Translations under genes and position numbers: made by a program
Source: Lama guanicoe
Taxonomy: Eukaryota
DNA: 64,000 nucleotides
Direction: 5' to 3'
Assembly: GCA_013239625.1 (NCBI GenBank)
Contig: MU053472.1
Location: 1,240,001-1,304,000, forward strand
Notes under the pieces: generated by a model
Told to the model about the DNA's origin: nothing
Seen by the model: the letters and a program-made list of their open reading frames with translations, nothing else
Databases searched by the model: none
In this document: positions 28,028 to 38,670 of the stretch, piece by piece
Layout: each line of letters starts with the position of its first letter
Numbering within the stretch: the stretch's first letter is position 1

Positions 28028-29599
28028 TGGGACAAGTCTTAAAATCAATAATATCCTTCAATTATAACTGGCAGAGTTTTTGTTCTTTCTAATACATAAA
28101 GGTGCATCTTATTAATGGCCATCTTAGACTTAGTGAACATGGTGGTGCTTCACTGGTGAACAATGGTTTCAGTGAAGCTAAGATGTTGTTAAAAGATGCA
28201 CCTTCATGAACCACTAAGAAAGAAGCTGCTAGTATCCACCACCTTCACATATAGTTAATATTTATTGAGTATTTATAAGGCCTTAAGCACCATTCTAAGC
28301 ACTTTTATATTCATTTAATCTTCAAAGCAACCCTCTATAGGAGATATCATTATCCCCCTTTAACACATGAGAAAACTGAGGCACCAAAAAGTTATCAGTT
28401 CAAAGTTATACAGTAGCAGAGATAGAATTCAATCTATACACTACACTGCCTGGTCGACTTAGTGAAATATAAAGCAACCACTTGCTCATTGGGATCACTC
28501 CACGTAACTGGTAGCACCAAAATTCCATCTGTGCAATCTGACTATGTTTTTGAGACATGGATCTAAATAAAAAAAGAAGCAAAGAGAAAGTCTTTTATAA
28601 ACTGTCATAATAGCAGTCTAGAAAAAACTTTCCAGTACTACTAAAGGCAATGAAAAATAAACAGGCTTCTGAAACTGATACATCTTTCAAGAACAGTATA
28701 AAACACAAATTTCCACTTTAGGTATCAAAAACCAAAAGAAAGCAATTTAACTCCTATGTGGATTTCCTTCATAACTTCATCTGTCAAGGCTAATAAAGCA
28801 CAAGACAGAAAAAGCTGAGAACCATTTCATTTAAATCCACGTCATTTAAATCTAGGTGCTAGGTTCCACATCTTTTAGCTAAAGTCTTTTTCTTTATAGT
28901 GTGAGGTCTTTTTTTAGGAATGCAAAACAAAAAACAAAAAAACAACCCAACACAAAGCATTGCTATGGAAGGTCCAAATAAGCCTATTCTAATAAAAGTA
29001 AACTGATATTGAAACATAGTAACTTGAAAAGCAAGGGTCTGGATATAATCATCATACACATTACTCAGGAATTACAGCAGGTAAATACATCAAATAGTTG
29101 AATCAGATAAAATTAGCCCACTTACAGTGTTGACTTTTAACCAACCATAGGTACCTAATGATTTAAACAGCCATATACATGAGTATTCCAAAACCTTGGC
29201 CTTCATTTCTTTGATCTTTCCTCTTCCAAAGACCTTATTCTTCATATACTACCCTAGACATTTACTACCATAGTCTCATATTTTTATTGTGGTAATCATT
29301 CCCTTTCCAATAAATTCAATTTTAAGCACTCTGCTCTCCCTGTCACAATTTTCTGATATGAACTGAACATATTCCTTCTAGTATCCTGACCCAGTGATTT
29401 TTGAACTCCACAATACCTACACCAATAACCTATCTTCCAGATCTACCGATCACTTCTCAGTGATTAAAGAACAACTCACTTGATATTTCAGTTTAGTTGA
29501 CACAGTTAAATACTCCTTCCTCTTGAAACATTTTCATCACTTGGCTTCCAGGACACCACCCTCTTTTGGTCCTTTTCACAGGCTATTCCTTAGGCTCTT

Positions 29600-29838
29600 T
29601 GTTTGTTTTATTTTTTATTTTAATTAATTAATTAATTAATTTATTTATTTATAACATTTTACTGAGTTATAGTCATTTTACAGTGTTGTGTCAAATTCCA
29701 GTATAGAGCACAATTTTTCAGTTATACATGAACATACATATATTCATTGTCATTTTTTTTTCACTGTGAGCTACCACAAGATCTTCTATGTATTTCCCTG
29801 TGCTATACAGTATAATCTTGTTTGTCTATTCTACATAT
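29600..29838 (-). mobile_element. Young L1 3' end inserted in an L2 remnant
   Basis: AT-rich tail; TSD CCTTAGGCTCTT on both sides. Confidence 0.82.
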
Positions 29839-30050
29839 GCCTTAGGCTCTTCTTTGATTCTTCTTTATCTCGTCAATCTCTAAACATTAGAGTACAGTCT
29901 TCCAATTGATTTTCTATTTAAATTCACTCCTAGATGATCTCATCCACATCTATAAGCCAAAAATCCTTTCCCCTGAACTCCACCTTAATCAAAAGCACAG
30001 TTACAACTCCACCTGAATGTCTAATGATTCTTAAATTTAATTATGTCTTA

Positions 30051-30074
30051 GTGCTTGCTTCGGCAGCACATATA
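30051..30074 (+). pseudogene. 3'-truncated (tailless) U6 snRNA retro-fragment
   Basis: GTGCTTGCTTCGGCAGCACATATA matches the U6 5' end with one C>T at a CpG; perfect direct repeat TTAATTATGTCTTA at 30037-30050 and 30075-30088. Confidence 0.9.
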
Positions 30075-32064
30075 TTAATTATGTCTTAAACTTCTCTTGC
30101 TACTGAAAGCCCAAATTTCCCTCTCCTGTAGTGTTCGCCATCTCAGTTAATGGCAACTCCATTCATTTACTAAATCAGGCCAAACACCTTAGTCATCCTC
30201 TTCTCTTTCCATCATAGTCCATAATCAATACAAGAAAAGATCCTGTCAACTCCACCTTCAAAATAAATGCAGAACCCAAAAAGTCTCATCACCTCACTGA
30301 TACACCATGATCTAAATGACTAAAACCTCTTACCTAGATTATTCAGTATTCAGATACCTCAATCAGACTCTTTTCAGCATACTTCCTACATAAGAGCCAA
30401 AGTGATGACGTTTAAAATATAATTAAACAAAACCTCATGTATTCCTCTGCTCAAAATCCTCTAAAGCTTTCTGTCTGACTCACGGTGAAAACTGAAGAAT
30501 TCACTGTCCTACAGGGCCATTAATAATATCCCCACCCCTCTCCCCCTCCCCCAACCTCAGTATCTTCATTTCCTATTACTCCCTCACTCATTCCATTCCA
30601 GCTAAACTGGCCTCTAGTTCCTTGCACAAGTCAAGTACACTTTCCCTCAGGGCCTTTGTTATATTTTCTTCATGGAAAATGTTTCCCCTCAATATCTCCC
30701 TGGTTTTCTCTCTCACTTCCTTAAAATTCTTTGTTCAAATGTCAGTTTCTCAGATAAGCCTTTTCCCAACTATCCTATACAAAATACCTCCACTTGGCCA
30801 CCTCCCCTTTAGTCTACTTTGTTTTCCTCTATAGCACTAAATATCATCTAATATATATACCTGCTATTGTGCCTAAATTTTAAGTGAACAGGGTGGCTAA
30901 CCACATTTAATTCCCATCTATAAAATGGGAATGTCTGTATAAAATGAAAAATGTTTGTTATTAGAGGGAAAAAAAAAACCCGTAATCTAGTTTTTCTTGA
31001 GATACTGAAACTTCCAGTCATAAATCACAACCAAAAATACAGGAGGCCAATCCTTCCGCAGCAAACACATAGACATGCTAAGTAAAGTGTAACACCATAA
31101 CTACTACTGAAAACTGCTTAGCCAAGCTCAAAAGCAAGAAAGGGAAATCTCCAGGTGCTATCAACACAGGGGAAACTCAAAAGCGAGAGTGATGAAAAGC
31201 TAAAGCCAGAGAGTCAGAAGAGGTATCAGAACAAGAAATATGCATATGGCTGAAGTACTAATAATCAATGCTTATATAGTTAGGAAGGTGACACTAAAAT
31301 AATTGAATACAAACTCCCTGAATAAAACCAAGAGCAGTGAAATTCTCTCATATCCGTGAAATGGAAGCGGGTCAAATAGTCATAAGAAATCATACAGCAT
31401 TGAGTGCTACAGGAAAGGGTCAGAAATTCGTAAAAGTGCTTTCCTTTGCCCCCAGAACTTTTCCCATATTAGCAGACATTAGAAAAGAAATAAAAGAATC
31501 TTCTCTGTTAAAGATACATATTTTCTATAAAGTTTTTTTTACAATGAAAATACATTATTTATGAAAACAGAAAAATGACAAATTTTTAAAACCCAACTCC
31601 TTCACTATGCAAATCAACTAAGTAAAATAAATGATAAAATAGGCATTGATGAGTCACAGAGGTCACCTATGGCTCAAGGCCATGAGTGACACATCTACAC
31701 GTTCATGTTCGTGATGAAAAGCAATGGGACTACAACTTAAGCAACGCTCAGGTTTCTGCAGGATCACTCATGTGTGTCTGTGTTTGATGACATGACAGTG
31801 TGGGCGTATGTTTCATTATAACTTAGGTACAGACAGTTGCCTTTACAGTACAATTGAGACTTTTCAGATTCACAAATATAGCAGTCATATGTGTCATGGA
31901 CCTTTGAGCGTAGCACACAAATCGTTAAAACATCAACCATTAATTACAAAAGTGTCAAGAATAGGCTGTACGTAAACAGCTATTCATCATAGCCAAACTC
32001 ATACAACTAAGAGTTAATACTTTATCAACAGGTAGGCGTGAAATGTAAATCTTTAAATAAATAC

Positions 32065-32183
32065 CTCTGAGAAACACTTCCTGAGTGTATCTGGGACTTT
32101 ACCATCCACCACATGGAGCATTCTTTCCATTTCTTCCCGTATAACATAGCTCCCAGATTCGCTTGCAAAAAGACTAAAAATGT
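32065..32183 (-). CDS. USP32: USP32 coding exon (exon 4 equivalent), (Y)IFSLFASESGSYVIREEMERMLHVVDGKVPDTLRKCFSE
   Basis: Manual translation; TAG acceptor, GTATTT donor; 119 nt. Confidence 0.96.
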
Positions 32184-32329
32184 CTAGGAGAAAGGAAGAA
32201 TAAATGAACATTATCATTGATTAAATGGACCCTGGTGGAAGTATGAAGGGAAGAGAAAAGTAACAATTACTGGCTGATTACTAGTGCCAAGAAGTTTATA
32301 AATATATAATTTATATTATTCCTTTAAAA

Positions 32330-32978
32330 AAAAACAATGCAAATCAAAACAGCATGATATGATACCTTTTCAAATACCAAACTTGCAAAAATGTTTAGGT
32401 GTGACAATACAAAGTGTTAGCAATAAACTGGGAGAAACAGGAAGTTTAATATACTGTTAAGTGAGTATAAATTACTGCAACCACTTTGGAGACTAACTTG
32501 CCAAAATCTAGTAAAGATGAAGATTTATGTAGAAATTCAATTTCTAGGCAATTCCACCTCCACCTTTGAGAAACTCATACGTATGTGCATGAGATATAAC
32601 ATATACTGGACTATTTCCTGTAATAGCAAAATTTAGGGGAAAAGAGAAATATCTATCAATGAAAAAAGGTAAACTGATACACACAATGAAATATTAGAAA
32701 AAAGGAACTAAGTGTTTCAACATGGGTAAATATCAATAATAATCGAGGGGGAAGCAAACTGCAAAATCTGTATAGTATACCATTTACATAAAAAATTTTA
32801 ACTCTATAAAACAGCTGAAGATATGTGTATGGGTATATAAAATGTCATAAATGTATTAAGACTTGAATGAGGAATGAAAGATCACCAAATTCACAAGAGT
32901 GGTTACCTCTGTGAAGGGAAGAATGGGGATGGGACCACAGAGGGATACTGGAGAGAGCCTTACCTTGGCTATATTTTA
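32330..32978 (+). mobile_element. Old L1ME-like 3' region, interrupted by the POM121 retrocopy and resuming at 38682-38771
   Basis: ATGCAAATCAAAAC, CAACCACTTTGGA, GTGGTTACCTCTG; continuation TATTTCTTAAAA..AGATCTG..GTTTGAAATA matches recalled L1ME 3' consensus order. Confidence 0.7.
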
Positions 32979-35054
32979 TTTTTTTTTTTAATAGATAGAT
33001 TCTTAATGACATAAGCAAGGAGAAGAATCTCACATTCATACTAAAAATTCCAACTAGACTCACAGGAATTCAGTCTTTGTTGTGGAAAGTCCCAGCCTCC
33101 TGCGCCTGCCCAGTGCACGTATGTGTACACACTCGCGCTCACGCTCACGCTCAGGTGCCAGGACGCCCGCTTCAGGGGCTCCTGGAACAACGGTCCTGCC
33201 TGTGGGTGGAACTGAGGGAAACTAGCTCAGAGCACTAAACTAAGAGAGTCCACCTTATATAAGGTATAGGTAGAAGCTTGATTTCTAGATCCATGCCCCA
33301 CCCCGACTCCAATCTAGTAGGTATTTGAGCCCCCCCCCCAGCTCCACACCCAACAGAGCTCTTCTTGGGGCGGGGAGAAGCAGTCCCCTGCCACAGAACA
33401 TTCACCCTCAGTCACAAAGGTGGGGGGACTAGTTACATCTACACCACATTATTTATAAAGTAAGAATTACATTTTTATATAATGTTTCCAGAAGGAGCTC
33501 TAGTCCCTTGGGAAAGCTGCCTGGGACAGCATTTGAGCCTCTTCTTCACACAGGTATATCTTAACAATACAGCTAATTTCTAGTCAATAGCATTTATACT
33601 TAACCACCTCAATGAACCAAGCTTGAAGGAATTTAAAAGGCAATTTAGCTTAAATACAAAAATAAATTTTTATTTTGTTAAAAAATTTTAAAAATATTTT
33701 TCTTTTAGTTTAGACACACACATTCATACTTCTCCCAAAGAGGATGGGCCTGGCAGCAAGGCTCTTGGGCCTAAGATATGCGGTTTTGGAACAAAGGAAA
33801 AAGAAGGGAAGGGGTGGGGAGTAATATAATTTTAAAATGTGGTTCATTAATTTAGATTTTCAAACATACCCTATGGGTGATCTCGCCTAGAGTGAGGTGA
33901 GGGAGGTGGAAAAGAAACAGCAGAGGGAAGAGGCCTTTGCTTCCCCTTGGCCCCATCCTCCTGGGCTGCCAGCCCTTGAAGTCAAAACACCATTTGAAAA
34001 TCCAGGACTCGGCACTTACAGCCGTAAAGTGGTGCTACTTTGCACATTCAATTAGCTAGGCTCTAGAAACATAAGAAACAGTTAAGTCCGGCACTACCAA
34101 CATGCCGCCACTCATACAATTCAATGCTTCCTCCAAACTCGATTCAAAGAGCAACAGACATGAGCATCAGACAAAATAACACAGAACAAGGCTTTAAACG
34201 TACAATCCCAGAGAGGCAGACAAGCCCAGTGAGGCCAACAAGGTAGGTGGGTGAGGAGGCAGCTGAAAGCAGCGGTGGGCATCCTGCCTGCTCCAAGAGC
34301 TTCCGCCTCCTGGAGTGAGGTACCACCCCTGGGTCTGCCAGGCTAACAGTCTTGAGCCACCAAGCTTTTAGGGGCCAAACTGGCAGAGAGGGTTGGGGAT
34401 GAAACATCGGCTCAGACTTGGCAGGAGGAAGTGGAACAGCAGGAGCAGCACCCACTGGGGTCTCCAAGGCAAAGCTAGATTCAGGATCATTTTAAAAGGA
34501 ATCGATCCTGTAAGGAACCAGAAAGGGATAAAGCAGCAAGAAATGGGGAAACAGTCCCCTAATGGGACAAGAAGGGGAGAACCACTTTTTATAGCCAAGC
34601 AAGGTAAAGCTTTAGGGATAAACCATTTCCCCCAATCCCATCAAGTGCATATCAGAGATGCAAGAGGGTGACCCTCCATTACCCTCCAGCAAAGATGGCT
34701 CTTGGGGGAAAAGGAGGGAAGGAAGGCCGCCTGACTAAGCTTATACACCACACAAGAGTCAGGGAAGGAAGTGGACCATATGTGTAGGTGTTTCTTTAGT
34801 TCTCTCCAGCCTCACCAGCGGAACTGTCCCAGTAAGGTAGCAAGCTGCTGCCCCACCTCCCTTGAGAGGCCCAAGGCTTCTGCTTCCTGGAGGAGAGGGG
34901 AACAGCCGCCCAGCTGCCGCTACCTCCCTGGTGGTTGAAGCCAGAGGTCTGGGGTAGGTCTGCTTTATGGAACTAGAGGGGTCAGAGGCTCTTCCTAGCA
35001 GGTGCCGAGATCCAGATTTGGGCAAGGGGCAGGGGAGTGGGGCAGGGACAAAGG
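32979..35054 (-). other. Retrocopied POM121 3'UTR (~2 kb) ending in an A-tail remnant
   Basis: Non-repetitive, GC-richer sequence contiguous with the stop codon, ending at T11 (32979-32989) where an old L1 resumes; minus-strand AATAAA at 33669-33674. Confidence 0.75.
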
Positions 35055-38000
35055 CTATTTTTTGCGGGTGTGCTGCCTTCGGGCCTGCAGTCGCTGCTGA
35101 GCCCTTGAGGTCTTGGATCCTGCACCGATGGAAAAGGAAGGGGCCGCTGGTCCGAAAGGTCCGACTCCAACAAAGCCTTGGGTGGGTGTTGAGGATGCTC
35201 CAAAGGAAAGGCTGCTGCCCGATGTGCCCACTCCAGGGGTAGGGGTGTTCTGACCAAGGGTGGATGTGGAGGTGCCTCCAAACACAGGTCTGCTATCTGG
35301 CATGCTGGCCACATTGAAGGCTAAGGCTGTGCTCTGGCTAGATGTGCCCAAGCTGTTCTGACTCAAGCCTCCCCCGAAAGGGGTGGTGCTGCCCGTGGTC
35401 CCACTCTGTTCTGCTCTGAAGCCAAACGCTCCAGAGGTGGCACTGGTGCCTGGGGTGGCCATGCTGATCCCAGAGCCCCCACTGCTGGCTGGCGCCACCG
35501 ATCCCCCAAATGTGGAGGGCGATGGCGTTGCGCTGCCAAACATCAAGCTGCTGGTGGTCTGGGTTGTAGCTCCAAAGCCAGACACGGTGGCTGCACCAAA
35601 GGAGAAAACAGCTGTGGTGCTGCCGAAGGCTGGCTGGGTGCTGGCAGGGGTGCTGAAGGCAGGGACTGTGGGCTTCACACCACCAAATCCTGACTGCGTG
35701 GTACTGCCAAAGGCCGGCTGGGCTGGGGCTGGCGCTAGAGCAGCAGTTGGGGCTGGGGCTGCAGAGTTTCCAAAAGTGAAAGAGCTGCCAAAGCTGGGGA
35801 TGAGGCCTGACTTGCTCGCCCCCTGCTGCTGCCCATCAGTGGCCCTGAAGGTGGGCTGGGGGTTGGCTCCCGGGTAGGGTGGCAGAGGGGCCTTGGCGCT
35901 TGAGCCGAAGGGAACGTTGAATGCCAGTGTGGGCTGGCTGCTGGCAACAGGGGCGGAGGTGCTGAGGGTGCCACCAAAACCACCAAAGCTGGCAGTGCTG
36001 TTGCCGCTGGCGGTGGTGTGAGTGGCACTGGGAAGGGACTGGCCAAAGGTGGTGACTGTTGTTGAAGCAGGCACAGAAGGAGACTTGCCAAATTGGAATA
36101 TGGAGCCCACGGCTGGGGTGAAGTTGGTACCAGAAGCAGGGGGGGTCCCAAAGAGGAAGGGCTGGGAGGTGAAGGCCGTCTTGCTGGTCACGCTGTTCAG
36201 GGTACTGGTCGTGTTGCTCACACTGAAGCCGAATGCAGGGCTTGGAGCAGAGTCTGTGGAGGTGCTGGCTGTGGTCATGGAAGCCACTGTCGGGGTGGCA
36301 CTGGCCTGGCCCGTGAAGAGAGGAGCACTCGTGGTAGTGACTGGAGAAGCTGTTTGCTTGAAGAAGGGAGTTGACAGGGGCACAGATGTAGGTGACCCCA
36401 CGGTGCTGAAGATAGGCTTGAAAGTCAGGGGTGGGGTGCTGGTCGTCGTGGGGAGGGCTGAGCTGGAAGAGGCCATGGTTGTGACCCTGGATGGGCTAGA
36501 AGGCAAGGGGCCTTCATTCTCGCTTTTTGGTGGAGCTGCAAAAATGGGCTTGATCATGGGAGATGCTGAAGACACAGGAGCTGCAGAGACAGGAGGGTCT
36601 GCAGGTGTGGTGTTCAGCATTCCAAACAGAATTCTCTGCTTGGGGGTGGGAGATGGGGCAGACAGAGCTGGGGACTTGGCAGGTGTCTTGGCCTGAGGGG
36701 CTGGCACTGACCTGGTGGTGTCAGTGACTGGTCCTGTGGAAGAAGCAGGGGTCAGCCCCAAGAAAATGGCTGTGGATGTGGAGTCTGAGGAGGTGTCTGG
36801 AAGCGGCCCTGACTGTGAAGAGCCAAGAAGGGCCAGAGGGCTGGGTGACTTTGGAGGTGAATGGGCCACACTGGCTGCCACTCCAGCAGATTCAGGGAGG
36901 GATGGTAGGCCTGGGGAATTCTGCATCTTCTTCAAGCTCTCCAGCAGTGGGTTAGTGCTTGGGGCTGGGAGGGAGGCTGGGCAGGAGGCAGTCCCAGCAG
37001 CAGGCAGGGTAAAAGTGAAAAAAGGCTGACTGGGAGATGAGTTCTCAGTGACAGAGTTCGAGGCAGGATCAGTCTTATCCTCCAAGACCTTGTTAAGCCA
37101 CTGTAGTGAAGCTTTCTTTTCCAAATCGAAGTCTTCAGCAGTGACTGAATAACCAAGCTGGGGAGGTGGAGGGAAGGTCAGCGGGTCCCCTCTCCTGGAG
37201 GGCAGCAGCTGTACCTTCCGTTTACGCTGCCCAGAGCCGCCAGGTGTTGATGGGGAATTCCACGAGTTCGGTATCTTCCCTGTGGTTGTATCTGCAACCT
37301 CTTCTCCCCGGGACTCCTTGTCTGTTACCAATGGAGTTGAAGAGCTAGAATCATGAGAAAGCTCTTCTTCTCTTATTTTCTTTGCTGGCCTCTCTGGTGT
37401 CTGGGAGCGGGGTGAGGGGCGGCTAGAGAACGGAGATGAACTGGGTCCACTCCTCTTCCACAGCTGAGAGACACCTCGAGAGGAACTGTAAGAACTGGTG
37501 ATGGCGTTGCGGCTGGAGGTAGGGATGCCACCCGTGTACGTGCTTGTCAAGCAGCTCACAGAAGAGGTGCAGGGTCTCTTATGCAGGTGGTCATCTGAGC
37601 TCTGGGAATTGAGACCTCTTTTCAGAGACCCAGGCTTAGGCACAAAAGAAGCAGGGACTCCATCGGCCACCAGGGGCTCAAATGCTGAAAGTCCTCTCAC
37701 ATTGCTATCATGGCGCCCTCTTTTATTTTCCTGGCTATCAGCAAATATTTGGTCTTCCTCCTCTACTATTCTTTTCTTCCTCTCTTTGAGGGCACTCAGT
37801 ACAGTCTCCTTTGCACATGGGTCTGGGGCACTAGTTGATGGTGAGGACAATGTTGAGCTGATAATCTGCTCTGGTATTGGAGAACGAGTCAATCTGCTAT
37901 CCGGAGGAGCAATTCTCACTGTCACTGGGCTGCACACCATTTTGGAGTTTCGAGCAGAAAGCACAGTCTTCTTGTGATAACCATTCCAGCATACTGTGGG

Positions 38001-38288
38001 AAGTGTCCCCAGCAAGGAATATTGGGCCCGCTGGATTGGGTATCTTCTTCGAGGTGTTATTACAAACGGATGTGATGAAGTCCCACAATCCTGGTGGGCA
38101 GGCCTCCGAGACGGTCGAAGAGGAGAGGAGAGGGAGGGGCGAACGCGAACGCGATTGGGATGCGCTGACTGGACGGGCGGCGCTGCGGGGCGGGCGGGTG
38201 GGCGGCGGCCAGGCCTCTCCCGCAGGTCCCTGGCCTCCGGGGTGGGGGCAGGCTGCGGGGGGTCGGGCGTGCCCAGGTAACTGCCCAT
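35055..38288 (-). CDS. POM121: Intronless POM121-like ORF, 1077 aa, lacking the N-terminal transmembrane segment (retrogene or processed pseudogene)
   Basis: ORF track; recognisable POM121 motifs [48 protein letters not shown]-repeat tail, C-terminal [12 protein letters not shown]; no introns. Family identity is secure, coding status is not. Confidence 0.85.
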   Translation of the reverse strand: MGSYLGTPDPPQPAPTPEARDLRERPGRRPPARPAAPPVQSAHPNRVRVRPSLSSPLRPSRRPAHQDCGTSSHPFVITPRRRYPIQRAQYSLLGTLPTVCWNGYHKKTVLSARNSKMVCSPVTVRIAPPDSRLTRSPIPEQIISSTLSSPSTSAPDPCAKETVLSALKERKKRIVEEEDQIFADSQENKRGRHDSNVRGLSAFEPLVADGVPASFVPKPGSLKRGLNSQSSDDHLHKRPCTSSVSCLTSTYTGGIPTSSRNAITSSYSSSRGVSQLWKRSGPSSSPFSSRPSPRSQTPERPAKKIREEELSHDSSSSTPLVTDKESRGEEVADTTTGKIPNSWNSPSTPGGSGQRKRKVQLLPSRRGDPLTFPPPPQLGYSVTAEDFDLEKKASLQWLNKVLEDKTDPASNSVTENSSPSQPFFTFTLPAAGTASCPASLPAPSTNPLLESLKKMQNSPGLPSLPESAGVAASVAHSPPKSPSPLALLGSSQSGPLPDTSSDSTSTAIFLGLTPASSTGPVTDTTRSVPAPQAKTPAKSPALSAPSPTPKQRILFGMLNTTPADPPVSAAPVSSASPMIKPIFAAPPKSENEGPLPSSPSRVTTMASSSSALPTTTSTPPLTFKPIFSTVGSPTSVPLSTPFFKQTASPVTTTSAPLFTGQASATPTVASMTTASTSTDSAPSPAFGFSVSNTTSTLNSVTSKTAFTSQPFLFGTPPASGTNFTPAVGSIFQFGKSPSVPASTTVTTFGQSLPSATHTTASGNSTASFGGFGGTLSTSAPVASSQPTLAFNVPFGSSAKAPLPPYPGANPQPTFRATDGQQQGASKSGLIPSFGSSFTFGNSAAPAPTAALAPAPAQPAFGSTTQSGFGGVKPTVPAFSTPASTQPAFGSTTAVFSFGAATVSGFGATTQTTSSLMFGSATPSPSTFGGSVAPASSGGSGISMATPGTSATSGAFGFRAEQSGTTGSTTPFGGGLSQNSLGTSSQSTALAFNVASMPDSRPVFGGTSTSTLGQNTPTPGVGTSGSSLSFGASSTPTQGFVGVGPFGPAAPSFSIGAGSKTSRAQQRLQARRQHTRKK

Positions 38289-38670
38289 GAGGAGCAGTTC
38301 AGCGCGGTCAGGTCCTTCGAGAAGGCTCCGCGGCTCTAGGAGACTTCAGCTTACTGCCGACTTAGCCGGAGGCGAGGCGAGCAGTGTACGCTGACGCCGC
38401 GCGTTCCAAACGAACCAGAAGGCGCGCGACCCTCCGGGCTCGCGGCTCAGTCCCCACCAGGCCGCTGTAGCCCCCACAGCCAGCCAGGCCAGCGCAGCCG
38501 CCGCCGGCAGCAGGTACAGCGCGAGGCCGAGCAGCGACAGGCCGAGGAGCGCCGCCCAGCTGGCCCGCCGCTGCCCCCGCCCCGGCCGTCCCTGGCACTC
38601 GCCGTGGGCCGCCACCGCGCGCCTCCTCCAGCCGCAGCAGCCGCCAGAGACATCGCGGCTCCACGCCGAG
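38095..38670. promoter_or_regulatory. CpG island imported with the POM121 retrocopy 5' end
   Basis: Very GC-rich, dense CG dinucleotides and GGGCGG boxes (around 38188-38205) in an otherwise AT-rich, CpG-depleted window. Confidence 0.75.
38289..38653 (-). pseudogene. POM121: Disabled POM121 N-terminus (original ATG and transmembrane helix)
   Basis: ATG at 38653 gives MSLAAAAAGGGARWRPTASARDGRGGGSGGPAG then leaves frame (one G missing at 38555-38557 relative to recalled human POM121); other frame gives AALLGLSLLGLALYLLPAAAALAWLAVGATAAWWGL; TGA at 38346-38348 lies 19 codons before, and in frame with, ATG 38288. Confidence 0.9.

Noticed and set aside
34144..35314. Several 76-110 aa ORFs in or overlapping the retro-3'UTR
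   Set aside because: Expected by chance in GC-rich UTR; no recognisable domains
35383..38290. Long plus-strand ORFs (164, 224, 104, 159, 137 aa) over the POM121 ORF
   Set aside because: Antisense shadows of GC-rich Ser/Thr/Pro codons; no independent homology recognised
35055..38653. Interpreting the POM121 sequence as the true parental POM121 locus or as POM121L2
   Set aside because: Intronless, A-tailed, splits an L1 and has a disabled TM segment, so not the parent; too similar to POM121 itself to be the divergent POM121L2
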